Shown: positions 1 through 9,083 of the stretch, one piece after another
How positions within the stretch are numbered: the first letter of the stretch is position 1
Layout: each line of letters starts with the position of its first letter
Assembly (NCBI GenBank): GCA_963812155.1
Contig: CAWETW010000003.1
Coordinates: 96,001-160,000 of the forward strand
Length of the DNA: 64,000 bases
From: Vulcanimicrobiota bacterium
GTDB lineage: Bacteria; Vulcanimicrobiota; Vulcanimicrobiia; Vulcanimicrobiales; Vulcanimicrobiaceae
Reading direction: 5' to 3'
Notes under the pieces: generated by a model
What the model was told of the DNA's origin: nothing
The model's input: the letters and a program-made list of their open reading frames with translations, nothing else
Database searches by the model: none
Made by a program: the position numbers and the translations under genes

Positions 1-419
1 AGGGCACTGACGACGCCGGCCGTCACGGTATAGGCTAAACCGAACGGATTTCCCACGGCGACCACGAGTTGGCCCGGGCGCAGTGCCGCCGAATCGCCTA
101 GAACGACATGCGCCAACTCCGGCGCGTTGACGCGCAAGATCGCGAGATCGGTGTGAGGATCGTCGCCGATCAGCGTCGCTCCTAGCTCGCGTCCGTCAAG
201 GAGCGCGACGCCGATGCGTTGTGCGCCATGCACGACGTGGCTGTTCGTGAGCACGAAGCCGTCGGGCGTAAAGACGAATCCCGAGCCGTTGCCGCCGCTG
301 CGACCGTTGCGGACTTCGATGCTCACGACGGCGGGGCTGACGCGCTCGGCGGCCGCCGTGACGGCCTCCGAATACGGATCGAGCGCCGGCGATTCCGCGC
401 TGAGGAGGGAGAGGGTCAT
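1..419 (-). CDS. Trypsin-like serine protease (S1C/HtrA-DegP family), N-terminal part; runs off the window edge
   Basis: Manual translation [20 protein letters not shown]...[19 protein letters not shown]...DLAILRV...[20 protein letters not shown] shows HtrA motifs (TNxHVV catalytic His, DLA Asp, GNPFGL). GGAGG precedes the ATG at 419. Confidence 0.9.
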   Translation of the reverse strand, partial: MTLSLLSAESPALDPYSEAVTAAAERVSPAVVSIEVRNGRSGGNGSGFVFTPDGFVLTNSHVVHGAQRIGVALLDGRELGATLIGDDPHTDLAILRVNAPELAHVVLGDSAALRPGQLVVAVGNPFGLAYTVTAGVVSA

Positions 420-527
420 GGTGCCTCCACAACCCACGGCTTCCAGCGGCCGGTTGCGACGCGCGTACGAAGCACCGCGCGGCGGGGAGGGTGCCAACCG
501 GCCGGGACGAATCCCGTCCGGTCCCGC

Positions 528-614
528 GCCCAGATGGCGGAATTGGTAGACGCGCTGGTTTCAGGTATCAGTGGTGGCAACATCGTGGGGGTTCGAGTCC
601 CTTTCTGGGCACCA
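528..614 (+). tRNA. tRNA-Leu (anticodon CAG), long variable arm, encoded CCA
   Basis: Acceptor stem GCCCAGA/TCTGGGC + ACCA; D-loop TTGGTAGAC; anticodon arm CTGGT-TTCAGGT-ATCAG; T-arm GGTTCGAGTCC. Confidence 0.97.
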
Positions 615-999
615 AAACCAAAAGGCGCCATAAGGCGCCTTTTGGTTTTGGCCCGGAGAGTGTTCGTCCCACGATGTTGCCACCACAGCGAAGCGCGAAG
701 CGCGGAGCGGTTTTTAAAACCTTGCTGCCGCGAAGCGGCTGCGAGCAACATCGTGGGGGTTCGAGTCCCTTTCTGGGCACCAAAACCAAAAGGCGCCATA
801 AGGCGCTTTTGGTTTGGCCCGGAGAGTGTTCGTCCCACGATGTTGCCACCACAGCGAAGCGCGAAGCGCGGAGCGGTTTTTAAACCTTGCTGCCGCGAAG
901 CGGCTGCGAGCAACATCGTGGGGGTTCGAGTCCCTTTCTGGGCACCAAAAGCCAAAGCGCCTATACGGCGCTTTGCTTTTGGTTGTTGCCACCACAGCG
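577..999 (+). repeat. Tandem tRNA-derived repeat array (about 2.5 units, period 168/165 bp), each unit starting with the 3' 38 nt of tRNA-Leu
   Basis: GCAACATCGTGGGGGTTCGAGTCCCTTTCTGGGCACCA occurs at 577, 745 and 910. Intervening sequence is near-identical between units 1 and 2; unit 3 is truncated and diverged. Confidence 0.95.
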
Positions 1000-1051
1000 C
1001 ATCGTCGATACTGCGGCCATTCAGCTATGCCGCATCGTAGATTTTTTTGCG

Positions 1052-1402
1052 CTAGTGCTGCGTGCGCTTCAAGTCTGCAACGAGTGCCTTTGCGGTCGAC
1101 TCCGGTACGCCCAACGCCGTAAACGCGGAACCGGTAAAGGTTCCGGACGTCATTTTGACGATCGTCCAACCGCTTTTGCTTTTTTTCGTCAATGCCTGGC
1201 CGGCGGCATAGTTTTTACCTGCGCTCCAGTACGCGACGATATACGGCTGCTCGGCCACCATTTTCACGTCGATGTCGGTGGCGTTAAGACGGTCCTGAAC
1301 CATTCCCGAAACGGCGACGGCGTCGTCGGGGCCGGGAATCTCCGCGACGGCCGGCGCCATGCACGCTACCGCCAGAACTATGGAAGCCAATATTTTTCGC
1401 AT
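1052..1402 (-). CDS. Small secreted hypothetical protein
   Basis: ORF with signal peptide MRKILASIVLAVACMAPAVA-E; start reassigned to the ATG at 1402. Confidence 0.7.
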   Translation of the reverse strand: MRKILASIVLAVACMAPAVAEIPGPDDAVAVSGMVQDRLNATDIDVKMVAEQPYIVAYWSAGKNYAAGQALTKKSKSGWTIVKMTSGTFTGSAFTALGVPESTAKALVADLKRTQH

Positions 1403-1510
1403 CGGCGCCGTATTTGCATGCAAGCGACCGCCTACCTCCCATTGGGATGGGCATTCTGAGAGCGTAACCTCTGACATGAGCGATCGGACGCGAAGGCGAA
1501 CGCCAACCCT

Positions 1511-2902
1511 ATGATGGGACGTTGGTTAGCCATGTTCTTCGGCGTTGCGCTCATGGCCGGGTGTTCGCTCGATAACGCTGCACTCGGAGTTGGCCGGCAA
1601 GCGTCTCCAAACGTCGTGAGCGGGAAATACATCAAGCATATCGTGGTGATGGTTCAGGAGAACCGCAGCTTCGACGATTTCTTTGCCACGTATCCCGGCG
1701 CCGACGGAGCGACGTTCGGTTACACGTCCAAGGGCGTGAAGGTAACGCTCGTAAAGAGCGGCCTGCCGGCCCCCGACATCAACCACGATTGGAAGACGTT
1801 CCTTGCCGAATGTGATTTGCAGTCCGGCGGCATCTGCAAGATGGACGGATTCGACAAGGCTAAGGTCGGCGGCAACAATTTGTGTAAGTTGTGCGCGTAT
1901 CAGTACGTCGACCCCACCAAAATCGCGCCGTATTGGTCGATTGCACAGAACTACGTGCTGCTCGATCATATGTTCCAAACTCAGGGAAGCGGCAGCTTTA
2001 CAGCACACCAGGACCTCGTCGCCGGGGCAACGGCGATCAATGACACCGACAGCCTGATCGATTTTCCGAACGAGGCCAAGGTCTGGGGATGCGACGCCCC
2101 GACGCCGAGTCCGAGTAATCCGTACGGTTCGTGGGTGCCGTTGATTACGACGAACGACTTCTACGAAAACGATCCCTCCAAATATCAGTTGCCGTTTCCG
2201 TGCCTGACTTATGAAACGATGCGGGATCTTCTCGACGCGAAGAAAGTCGGCTGGAAGTACTACACGCCGACCTACGACATCAATAAGTCGAGGGGCGGCG
2301 CCGGTACCGAGTGGAATGCCTTTGCGGCGATTCATGCGGTGCGCTACGGCTCGGAGTGGGGCACGAAAGTGGTGTGGCCCGAGACCCTCGTTTGCAGCGA
2401 TATCGCGGGCGGGAAACTGCCATCGTTCTCCTGGGTAATTCCCGATCAAGTCGATTCCGACCATCCCCAGAGCAAGAACCAACAAGACGACGGTCCCGAT
2501 TGGATCGCGTCGGTCGTCAATGCGATCGGCAAGAGCCAGTACTGGAATTCGACGGCGATCGTCGTCGTGTGGGACGATTGGGGCGGCTTTTTCGATAACG
2601 TGCCGCCGAAGTTTTATTCGTCGGGGCAGCTCGGATTTCGCGTTCCGGCGCTCGTCATCTCGCCGTACGTCGCGCAGGGCAAAGTTTCGCACGTGCCGTT
2701 CGAGTTCGGCAGCATCCTGAAGTTTGCAGAGCAAACGTTCGGCCTCGGATCGTTGGGTACGACGGACGTGCGGGCTAAATCGATCGGCGACGTTTTCGAC
2801 TTCACCAAACCGCCGCGCAGCTTCGTTTCGGTGCCGACGCAGCGCACCTGCGGCGACTTTGAACGCCGCCGGCCGTCGAACTTGCCGGTCGATACGGAAT
2901 AG
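1511..2902 (+). CDS. Phosphoesterase / phospholipase C-acid phosphatase family lipoprotein
   Basis: Lipobox LMAGC; motifs IKHIVVMVQENRSFD, WDDWGGFFD, GFRVPALVISPY. Confidence 0.9.
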   Translation: MMGRWLAMFFGVALMAGCSLDNAALGVGRQASPNVVSGKYIKHIVVMVQENRSFDDFFATYPGADGATFGYTSKGVKVTLVKSGLPAPDINHDWKTFLAECDLQSGGICKMDGFDKAKVGGNNLCKLCAYQYVDPTKIAPYWSIAQNYVLLDHMFQTQGSGSFTAHQDLVAGATAINDTDSLIDFPNEAKVWGCDAPTPSPSNPYGSWVPLITTNDFYENDPSKYQLPFPCLTYETMRDLLDAKKVGWKYYTPTYDINKSRGGAGTEWNAFAAIHAVRYGSEWGTKVVWPETLVCSDIAGGKLPSFSWVIPDQVDSDHPQSKNQQDDGPDWIASVVNAIGKSQYWNSTAIVVVWDDWGGFFDNVPPKFYSSGQLGFRVPALVISPYVAQGKVSHVPFEFGSILKFAEQTFGLGSLGTTDVRAKSIGDVFDFTKPPRSFVSVPTQRTCGDFERRRPSNLPVDTE

Positions 2903-3045
2903 ACGTCTAGACGAAGCTCCACACGACGGCGACGGCGGTGTATTGGGGGCGCGCGGCTTGCGGGCACCTGCTCGGGATGCCTGACTTAAAGGACTACGTC
3001 GCCTGCGGCGCCCTGCAAGCGCGATGCGCTAGGACGGTTCCCGAA

Positions 3046-4116
3046 TCAAGTGCGGCGTGGACGGCATACGAGGCCGCCGGCGGCTCGGCTCGTACTCCCC
3101 TGCACGAACACCGGTGCGTTCTTGACGAGCCACAGGCCGACGTTGGTCGTCGTGTTGACGACTGTATCGGGCCCCATAGCCTTCGCATCGTTGGCGTCGG
3201 TATTTTCGTAATCGTCTACAGCCCACTCGCTCGGCACGGCGTTGTGCAGCGCCAGCACGCCGACGAACTTCTGCGTATCGGCCGTGAACTCGCTGCTCCC
3301 GCCGTACGGAGAGATCAGCACGGTGGTTCGCAAGCCGTGGGCGTTTCCCCATCGAATGCCCTGCTCTATAAATCCTTGGTAGCCGCGACCGCTGCCGCCG
3401 GCAAGAAAAAACTTCGGCGGAGAATCAAACGCGATCCCTCCGCCGTATGCCGCTTCAAATCGAGAGAGTTCGTAGAACGGACTGTTGATATCGTAATACG
3501 CGGCACGCCTGCGGGGGAATATCGGATTACCACCCTCCCACGTCGCGTTGGGACCGACGATCGGCGCCATCGATTTGATGCCGGCCGATCTGCCGGCGAG
3601 CGTCCACATCTTCCAAGCCCGAACGTTTGCGGGCGTATAGCGGATCGCGGATGGCGGCTCGTACGGCACGTTAACGTTGGCCGCGTCAGGATTGAGAGCG
3701 CTTTCAACGTACTGATACCGGTAGTATTCGGGATAGCGGCTTGGCAAAAGCGTAAAGTAATTCGAACCAACCAAACCAAGCTCGGCTTCGCCCGGTCCGG
3801 TTCCGGCGAACACGCTCTCGATTGCATTGAGCACGGCGTAGGGCCTGGAGGACGGGCTCGCCGAGATCGCCGATGCAACCGCCACGGCGTGTTCGTAAAG
3901 CTTCACATGACCGGCTGCGAGAAGCTGGGTCGTGAAATCGGGGGCGATGAGAGTATTGAAGCCGGCCGTGCCGCCGACCGAAATGTACTCTCCCAAGTGC
4001 GAGCATGCGTTTGAAACGCTTGCCGCAGTATTCGCAGGTTCCACGATGCCGCCGCAACCGGTTCCGAGCGCGAGCATTACGCCGGCCAGCAGCCTGGTTG
4101 GGACGTTCACCCGCAT
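3046..4116 (-). CDS. Hypothetical lipoprotein (possibly glycoside hydrolase-like)
   Basis: Long ORF with lipobox-like LGTGC and an aromatic-rich body; no family recognised. Confidence 0.6.
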   Translation of the reverse strand: MRVNVPTRLLAGVMLALGTGCGGIVEPANTAASVSNACSHLGEYISVGGTAGFNTLIAPDFTTQLLAAGHVKLYEHAVAVASAISASPSSRPYAVLNAIESVFAGTGPGEAELGLVGSNYFTLLPSRYPEYYRYQYVESALNPDAANVNVPYEPPSAIRYTPANVRAWKMWTLAGRSAGIKSMAPIVGPNATWEGGNPIFPRRRAAYYDINSPFYELSRFEAAYGGGIAFDSPPKFFLAGGSGRGYQGFIEQGIRWGNAHGLRTTVLISPYGGSSEFTADTQKFVGVLALHNAVPSEWAVDDYENTDANDAKAMGPDTVVNTTTNVGLWLVKNAPVFVQGSTSRAAGGLVCRPRRT

Positions 4117-4167
4117 CCCAGTATCACCACAACGGGCCATACGTGAGATTGCGCTCCGTAAGACGAG

Positions 4168-5100
4168 TTATGTAGGCGGAAGGCTCGAGAGAAACGCAGC
4201 GATCGCGTTCGTCGTCGCTTGCGGTTGATCGTACATCGCAAAATGGCGCGAATGCTCGATGGAGACGATTCGCACGTTCGGCGCACCTTTGACGAGCTGG
4301 CCGTAGAAGGCTTGTTTGTCGGCGCTCGACGTCGCGCCGAAGCGCGGGTCGAAGCTCGCGTCAAACGGCGCGATCAAGAGAATGGGTACGGTGGCTTTCG
4401 CTAGATCGGGACGCAGATCGAGCAACAGGTCTTCTTGAAACCATCTTCCGCTGGCCGCAGGATCGCTCTTGCCGGACAGCGGCCCGATCGCGTCAATGTC
4501 GGACTGCGACGTCACGAGGTACGGAAGCGTTTTGGTGCGCTCGCTCTGCTCGAACTGCGCCGGAGTTTGCTTTGCCATCGCGTCAGCGACGCCGGCAGCC
4601 GTTGCCTTCACTTGCGCGGTAGACAGCATCACGTTGCCGGGATAAATGGGTAATCCGTCGAGCGCGATGACGGCGCGCAAGCGGTCGGGATGCTGCGTCG
4701 CGAGCATGAAGCCCATCGTCCCACCCAAACTATGTCCGATGACGACGGGTTTGACGATGTACTGCTTGTCGAGCAACGTCCAAAAATCGGCGGTCGTGGT
4801 CGCGAAGAGCGGTCCGTCAATCGGCGGCCGCCCGTCAAAGCCCGGAAGCGTTAACGCGTATACAGTGTATCGGGTCGCAAAGTGAAGTATTTGCCCGCTC
4901 CACTCCCACGGACCGCAGGTAAGGCCGGGAATGAAGACGAGCGCCTGCGCGCCGTTACCGTATCGGTCGACGTGCAGCGAACCGACGTCAAACGAGGCCG
5001 CGGGCGCCGGCAAGGGGGGCGGAACGGCCGCATTCGCGACCGCTGGATAGGTAAGCGTGAAAGCGACCGCGCACAGCGTGGCTCGAATCGTACGTTGCAT
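4168..5100 (-). CDS. Secreted alpha/beta hydrolase
   Basis: Signal peptide; FIPGL oxyanion region, GHSLGG nucleophile elbow, C-terminal HFAMYD. Confidence 0.9.
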   Translation of the reverse strand: MQRTIRATLCAVAFTLTYPAVANAAVPPPLPAPAASFDVGSLHVDRYGNGAQALVFIPGLTCGPWEWSGQILHFATRYTVYALTLPGFDGRPPIDGPLFATTTADFWTLLDKQYIVKPVVIGHSLGGTMGFMLATQHPDRLRAVIALDGLPIYPGNVMLSTAQVKATAAGVADAMAKQTPAQFEQSERTKTLPYLVTSQSDIDAIGPLSGKSDPAASGRWFQEDLLLDLRPDLAKATVPILLIAPFDASFDPRFGATSSADKQAFYGQLVKGAPNVRIVSIEHSRHFAMYDQPQATTNAIAAFLSSLPPT

Positions 5101-5229
5101 CGTGCACCGTTACGTCGGGCGCGCAGCGCGCCCCTCGGTGCGAGTTTATCGGATGCCGCGAAATTGTCCGGATGCGGCCGGCTCGAACGTCTAGCGGGCA
5201 GACACACACCACACCGAAGAGGAGAAGCT

Positions 5230-5568
5230 ATGAGTGAATATCTCTATATCTATCGCGGCGGCCGGCGCGGCCAGACGCCCGAAGAGTCGCAACAAATCAT
5301 GCAAAAGTGGCTGAACTGGATGAAGGATCTCACCGGTTCGGGCAACCTGAAAGATCCCGGCCAGCCGCTCGAGGAAGAGGGCAAGGTGGTCAACGGTAAA
5401 GGCGCCATCACCGACGGTCCGTACGCCGAGGCGAAGGATTTGGTCGGTGGCTTTACGCTCGTCGAAGCCGAGAGTCTGCAACGCGCCGCGCAGTTGGCCG
5501 GCGGATGTCCGATTCTCGACGTCGGCGGCAGCGTGGAGATCCGGCCGATCATGAAGATGGACATGTGA
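5230..5568 (+). CDS. YciI/DGPF-family protein
   Basis: GGAG RBS before the ATG at 5230; TDGPYAEAKDLVGGF and GSVEIRPI motifs; coupled to the ECF sigma downstream. Confidence 0.9.
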   Translation: MSEYLYIYRGGRRGQTPEESQQIMQKWLNWMKDLTGSGNLKDPGQPLEEEGKVVNGKGAITDGPYAEAKDLVGGFTLVEAESLQRAAQLAGGCPILDVGGSVEIRPIMKMDM

Positions 5569-6833
5569 CGAACGACCCGAGCGACCATCTCTTCCGCCAC
5601 GAGGCGGGGCGCATGGTCGCCGTCCTCACTCGGCTGTTCGGTCTTCACAACCTGGCATTGGCAGAAGACGTCGTGCAAGACGCCTTCTGCCGCGCCTTAG
5701 AAGTCTGGAAACTGCGCGGCGTTCCCGACAATCCGTCTGCATGGCTGATGAAAACGGCCAAAAATCGCGCGCTCGACGTGCTTCGGCGGGAGCGAACCGC
5801 GCGCACGTTCGCACCCGATCTCGGCCGTTTGCTCCACACCGAGTGGACAGTTGCCAATGCCGTCGAGGAAGTCTTCGACGCAACCGGCATCCCTGACGAC
5901 CGGCTGCGGATGATGTTCTCGTGCTGCCATCCGCGCCTTGCGGAAGCTGCGCAGACGATGCTCGTGCTGCAGCTCGTTGCGGGCTTCGGCGCGCGCGAGA
6001 TCGCGCAAGCATTCGTCAGCACGCACGCCGCCGTCGAAAAGCGTCTCACCCGTGCGAAAAGGACGCTCGCCGACTCGAGCGCGCTCTTCGATATCGCCGA
6101 CGCCGCCGATTTCGCGCAGCGCCTGCCCGCAGTCCAGCGCGCACTCTATTTGATCTTCAGCGAGGGTTACCACGGCGCATCCGCCGAGGCCGTCGTTCGC
6201 AGCGATCTCTGTCGCGAAGCGATCCGCCTCGCGCGCCTGCTGGCGGAGCATCCGCTCGGCGACACACCGTCGACCCGGGCGCTGTGCGCCTCGATGTATC
6301 TCAACGGTGCGCGTCTTGCGGCGCGTCTCGACGCGTCCGGAGCGCTCAGTCCCTTATACGAACAAGACCGGTCGCAGTGGAATCGCGCCATGATCGCGGC
6401 GGGACGCGAGTGGCTGGAGCGTTCGGCAACGGGAACCGCCGTGAGCCGGTATCACGTCGAGGCCGCGATCGCGTCGGAGCACGCATCGGCGCTTTCGTTC
6501 GAGGCCACCGATTGGCGGCAGATCGTTTCGCTCTACGACACGCTGATGCGGATTGCGCCTTCCCCGATCGTCGCGCTCAATCGCGCCATCGCCGTCGCGC
6601 AACTGGAAGGCCCTCAGCGCGGCCTCGAAGCTGTTGCGGCAATCGGCGATCGCGAGCGGCTCGAGCGATATCCGTTCTATCACGCGGCGCTCGGCGAACT
6701 GGAGCACCGGCGCGGGCGTTCGGACGTCGCGCGCGAGCACTTCACGCAGGCGGGCGCGCTGGCGCGCAACCACGCGGAGCGGCATTTTTTCGAGGGCCGC
6801 GTTGCCGCCTGCGCCGGTCTGTCAGCGTCGTGA
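5565..6833 (+). CDS. ECF RNA polymerase sigma factor with C-terminal TPR-like extension (ECF42-type)
   Basis: LAEDVVQDAF, AWLMKTAKNRALD, DDRLRMMFSCCHP, YLIFSEGY, VALNRAIA; GTG overlaps the YciI stop. Confidence 0.9.
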   Translation: MTNDPSDHLFRHEAGRMVAVLTRLFGLHNLALAEDVVQDAFCRALEVWKLRGVPDNPSAWLMKTAKNRALDVLRRERTARTFAPDLGRLLHTEWTVANAVEEVFDATGIPDDRLRMMFSCCHPRLAEAAQTMLVLQLVAGFGAREIAQAFVSTHAAVEKRLTRAKRTLADSSALFDIADAADFAQRLPAVQRALYLIFSEGYHGASAEAVVRSDLCREAIRLARLLAEHPLGDTPSTRALCASMYLNGARLAARLDASGALSPLYEQDRSQWNRAMIAAGREWLERSATGTAVSRYHVEAAIASEHASALSFEATDWRQIVSLYDTLMRIAPSPIVALNRAIAVAQLEGPQRGLEAVAAIGDRERLERYPFYHAALGELEHRRGRSDVAREHFTQAGALARNHAERHFFEGRVAACAGLSAS

Positions 6834-9083
6834 CGCGGAATCGCGTTCGAGTATGCGCGCCATTACGCCCGGCGGCGCGGCATCGGGTCGCGAGAAATCG
6901 ATGCGGGCGCTGAGCGCGGCGCCGTAGGCAACCTTGCCGTTGCGCCGCGTCACGTCGATGTTCGGCGGGAGTGCCGCATAGGGACGGAGATCGGGCGTAG
7001 CGCGGAAGGCTGCGTCCATCGGCACGGCCGTCGCATCGTAGAGCGAGAGCGGCTGCATGCCGAGGACGGTCTCGATCGTGCGCAAAATGCTCAGCGTCGA
7101 GTAGTGCTCGTGGCGAACGCCGCCGCGCGCGTACGGCGAAACGACCAGCATCGCCGTGCGCTGATCGCTGACGTGATCGGGACCGTCCTGCGAATCGTCC
7201 TCGATGACGAACATTGCCGACGATTTCCAGATCTGTGAGTGCGAGAGTGCGTCGATCATCTGTCCGAGCGCTTCGTCGTTGATCGCGACGTACGACTCCG
7301 GAGTGAGTTTCCCGGGCCTTGCGCCGTAGGTGTGATCGCCCGGCAGCCAGATGAACTCGAGTTGCGGCAGGTTCCCGGCTGCGAGGCGGGCTGCCAGATC
7401 ACGCCGCCATTCCTTTGCGCGTTCGAGATCGCTAACGTCGAGATTCCATCCGCCGTAGAAGCTGTCGATGCGGCCGGTCAGACTCGGCACGGCGGCCATC
7501 CAGCGGCCGGGATGTGATTTGTCTGGATTGGCGAGTTCACCGTAGTCGCGAAACGTCACGTGCGCGCGGCGCGCCGAATCCCAAAGATAACCGCCGGCCG
7601 GTACGCTGGGACTGCGGCCGCTGGTGATGTCGTCGATCGTGTAGCGTCCGGCATAGAGCGGCGGCCAAAACCGCTCGACGTAGTCGTCGGCAAACGCGGC
7701 GTCCGACCACATGTGGCCCGGCACGCTCACTTCGCCGCTCGTATACGCGTTGTCGAACAATCCGAAGCGTCGAACGAGCGCGTGTGCGTTCGGCGTGACG
7801 TTACGGCCGAACCGCGCCAACGACGCAGCGCCGTTACCCCCCGGTGCGTCGCCGAGCACTTGGTCGTACGTGCGATTCTCCCGGAGGACGAAAAAGACGT
7901 GCGTGATCGGGCCGTGCGCGCGCACGACCGGATGCGAAGCCGCAGCGTGCCAACCGGTCGCGCCCGGCGGATTTCCGCCCGGCATCGCGGCAGCGTCCGC
8001 AGGCAGCGGGTACGATCGAAGCGAGCCGAATTCGATCGCTCCGATGTAATCGCGATCGCCGCCGCGATAGAGCGGATTCGGTCGCGATCCCTCGCCTTTT
8101 CCGTCGAGAACGTAGAGCGTGCCACCGATCGCGAGCGCGGCAGTCGGATACCAGCCGGCCGGCATGCGCCCGGCCAAGCGATCGTCGCGAATGACGGCAA
8201 CCGAGTTTGCCGCGCCGAGGCTGACGAGAATGCCGGCCGGACCGACGCTGACGTCGTTCGGCGAGGAGCCGATGGCGCCCGCGGGGCCGCTTCCGACGCC
8301 GACGCTTGCGACCGCATGCAGATCGGAGGCGTCGTAAATGCCGACGCTGTCGGCATCGCTCTGCGCCACGTAAACGTTCCCGCTCGCGACGGCGAGCGCG
8401 CCGGGATGGAGTCCGGTTTTCCTGCGCGTGGTCGCGCCGGTCGCGACGACGATCCTTACGAGTTGGCTCGTCGCGCGCGAGGTTGCGAAGAGCGACGTAT
8501 CGCCCGCGCCGAACGCAAGGCCGCCCGGCTGCCCGCCGATTGCGATGCGGTGCGCCGCTCCGACGTTCGCGAGCGTTCCGATCCGTACCGCGCCGTCGCC
8601 GTCGGTTGCGACGGCAATCGTCGAACCATTCGCTGCGGCCGCAACGAGAATCGGATACGAGTGTGCCGGCATCGCAATGCGGTCGACGCGATGCGACGCG
8701 ACGTCGACCTCGAGCAGCGCGTCTGCGTTCGCGCCCGCAACCAGCACGCGATTGCCGTCGAGCCACACCGGTCGCCCGAAGGCGCCCGGTAGCGAGATGG
8801 AAACGATACGCGTGAGATCGGGCACGCGATACAGCGTAAGCGCCGGCGGATTATATCCGCCCTCGACGACGGCGATCGACGTGCCGTCGGGCGACGCCGC
8901 CATGCCTTGCGGCATCGTTCCGGTTTGCACCGCCGATGCGATTGGCCGCGCTATCGTCCAGCCGTTGGGGAGCACGATCGGAGCCAAGCCGGTTTGCGCG
9001 AGCGCAGCACCGGCGACCAGCGCCGCCGTGACGCACACGAACGAGCCCGTTCGGAACGCGCGCCGCGCACGCTTGCCGGTCAT
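6822..9083 (-). CDS. Secreted YncE-like beta-propeller / alkaline-phosphatase-like phosphoesterase fusion
   Basis: LPNGW, GWYPT, HVFFVLRENRTYDQVLGD, EDDSQDGPDHV motifs. Confidence 0.85.
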   Translation of the reverse strand: MTGKRARRAFRTGSFVCVTAALVAGAALAQTGLAPIVLPNGWTIARPIASAVQTGTMPQGMAASPDGTSIAVVEGGYNPPALTLYRVPDLTRIVSISLPGAFGRPVWLDGNRVLVAGANADALLEVDVASHRVDRIAMPAHSYPILVAAAANGSTIAVATDGDGAVRIGTLANVGAAHRIAIGGQPGGLAFGAGDTSLFATSRATSQLVRIVVATGATTRRKTGLHPGALAVASGNVYVAQSDADSVGIYDASDLHAVASVGVGSGPAGAIGSSPNDVSVGPAGILVSLGAANSVAVIRDDRLAGRMPAGWYPTAALAIGGTLYVLDGKGEGSRPNPLYRGGDRDYIGAIEFGSLRSYPLPADAAAMPGGNPPGATGWHAAASHPVVRAHGPITHVFFVLRENRTYDQVLGDAPGGNGAASLARFGRNVTPNAHALVRRFGLFDNAYTSGEVSVPGHMWSDAAFADDYVERFWPPLYAGRYTIDDITSGRSPSVPAGGYLWDSARRAHVTFRDYGELANPDKSHPGRWMAAVPSLTGRIDSFYGGWNLDVSDLERAKEWRRDLAARLAAGNLPQLEFIWLPGDHTYGARPGKLTPESYVAINDEALGQMIDALSHSQIWKSSAMFVIEDDSQDGPDHVSDQRTAMLVVSPYARGGVRHEHYSTLSILRTIETVLGMQPLSLYDATAVPMDAAFRATPDLRPYAALPPNIDVTRRNGKVAYGAALSARIDFSRPDAAPPGVMARILERDSASRR

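Noticed and set aside
497..522. Hairpin ACCGG-C-CGGGA-CGAA-TCCCG-T-CCGGT just upstream of the tRNA as a separate ncRNA
   Set aside because: Short and compatible with an ordinary tRNA leader structure; no further support.
745..947. Additional tRNA genes in repeat units 2 and 3
   Set aside because: Only the 3' 38 nt are present; there is no D-arm, anticodon arm or 5' acceptor strand.
577..999. CRISPR array
   Set aside because: The 38-nt repeat is a tRNA 3' end, the intervening sequences are about 130 bp and nearly identical rather than unique, and no cas genes are present.
219..1169. Several overlapping ORFs with internal repeats (219..1040, 416..955, 491..883 and others)
   Set aside because: They are translations of the tRNA and its repeat array.
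528..5100. Intact integrative element or prophage at tRNA-Leu
   Set aside because: No integrase, phage or conjugation genes, and I saw no distal attR copy in the window.
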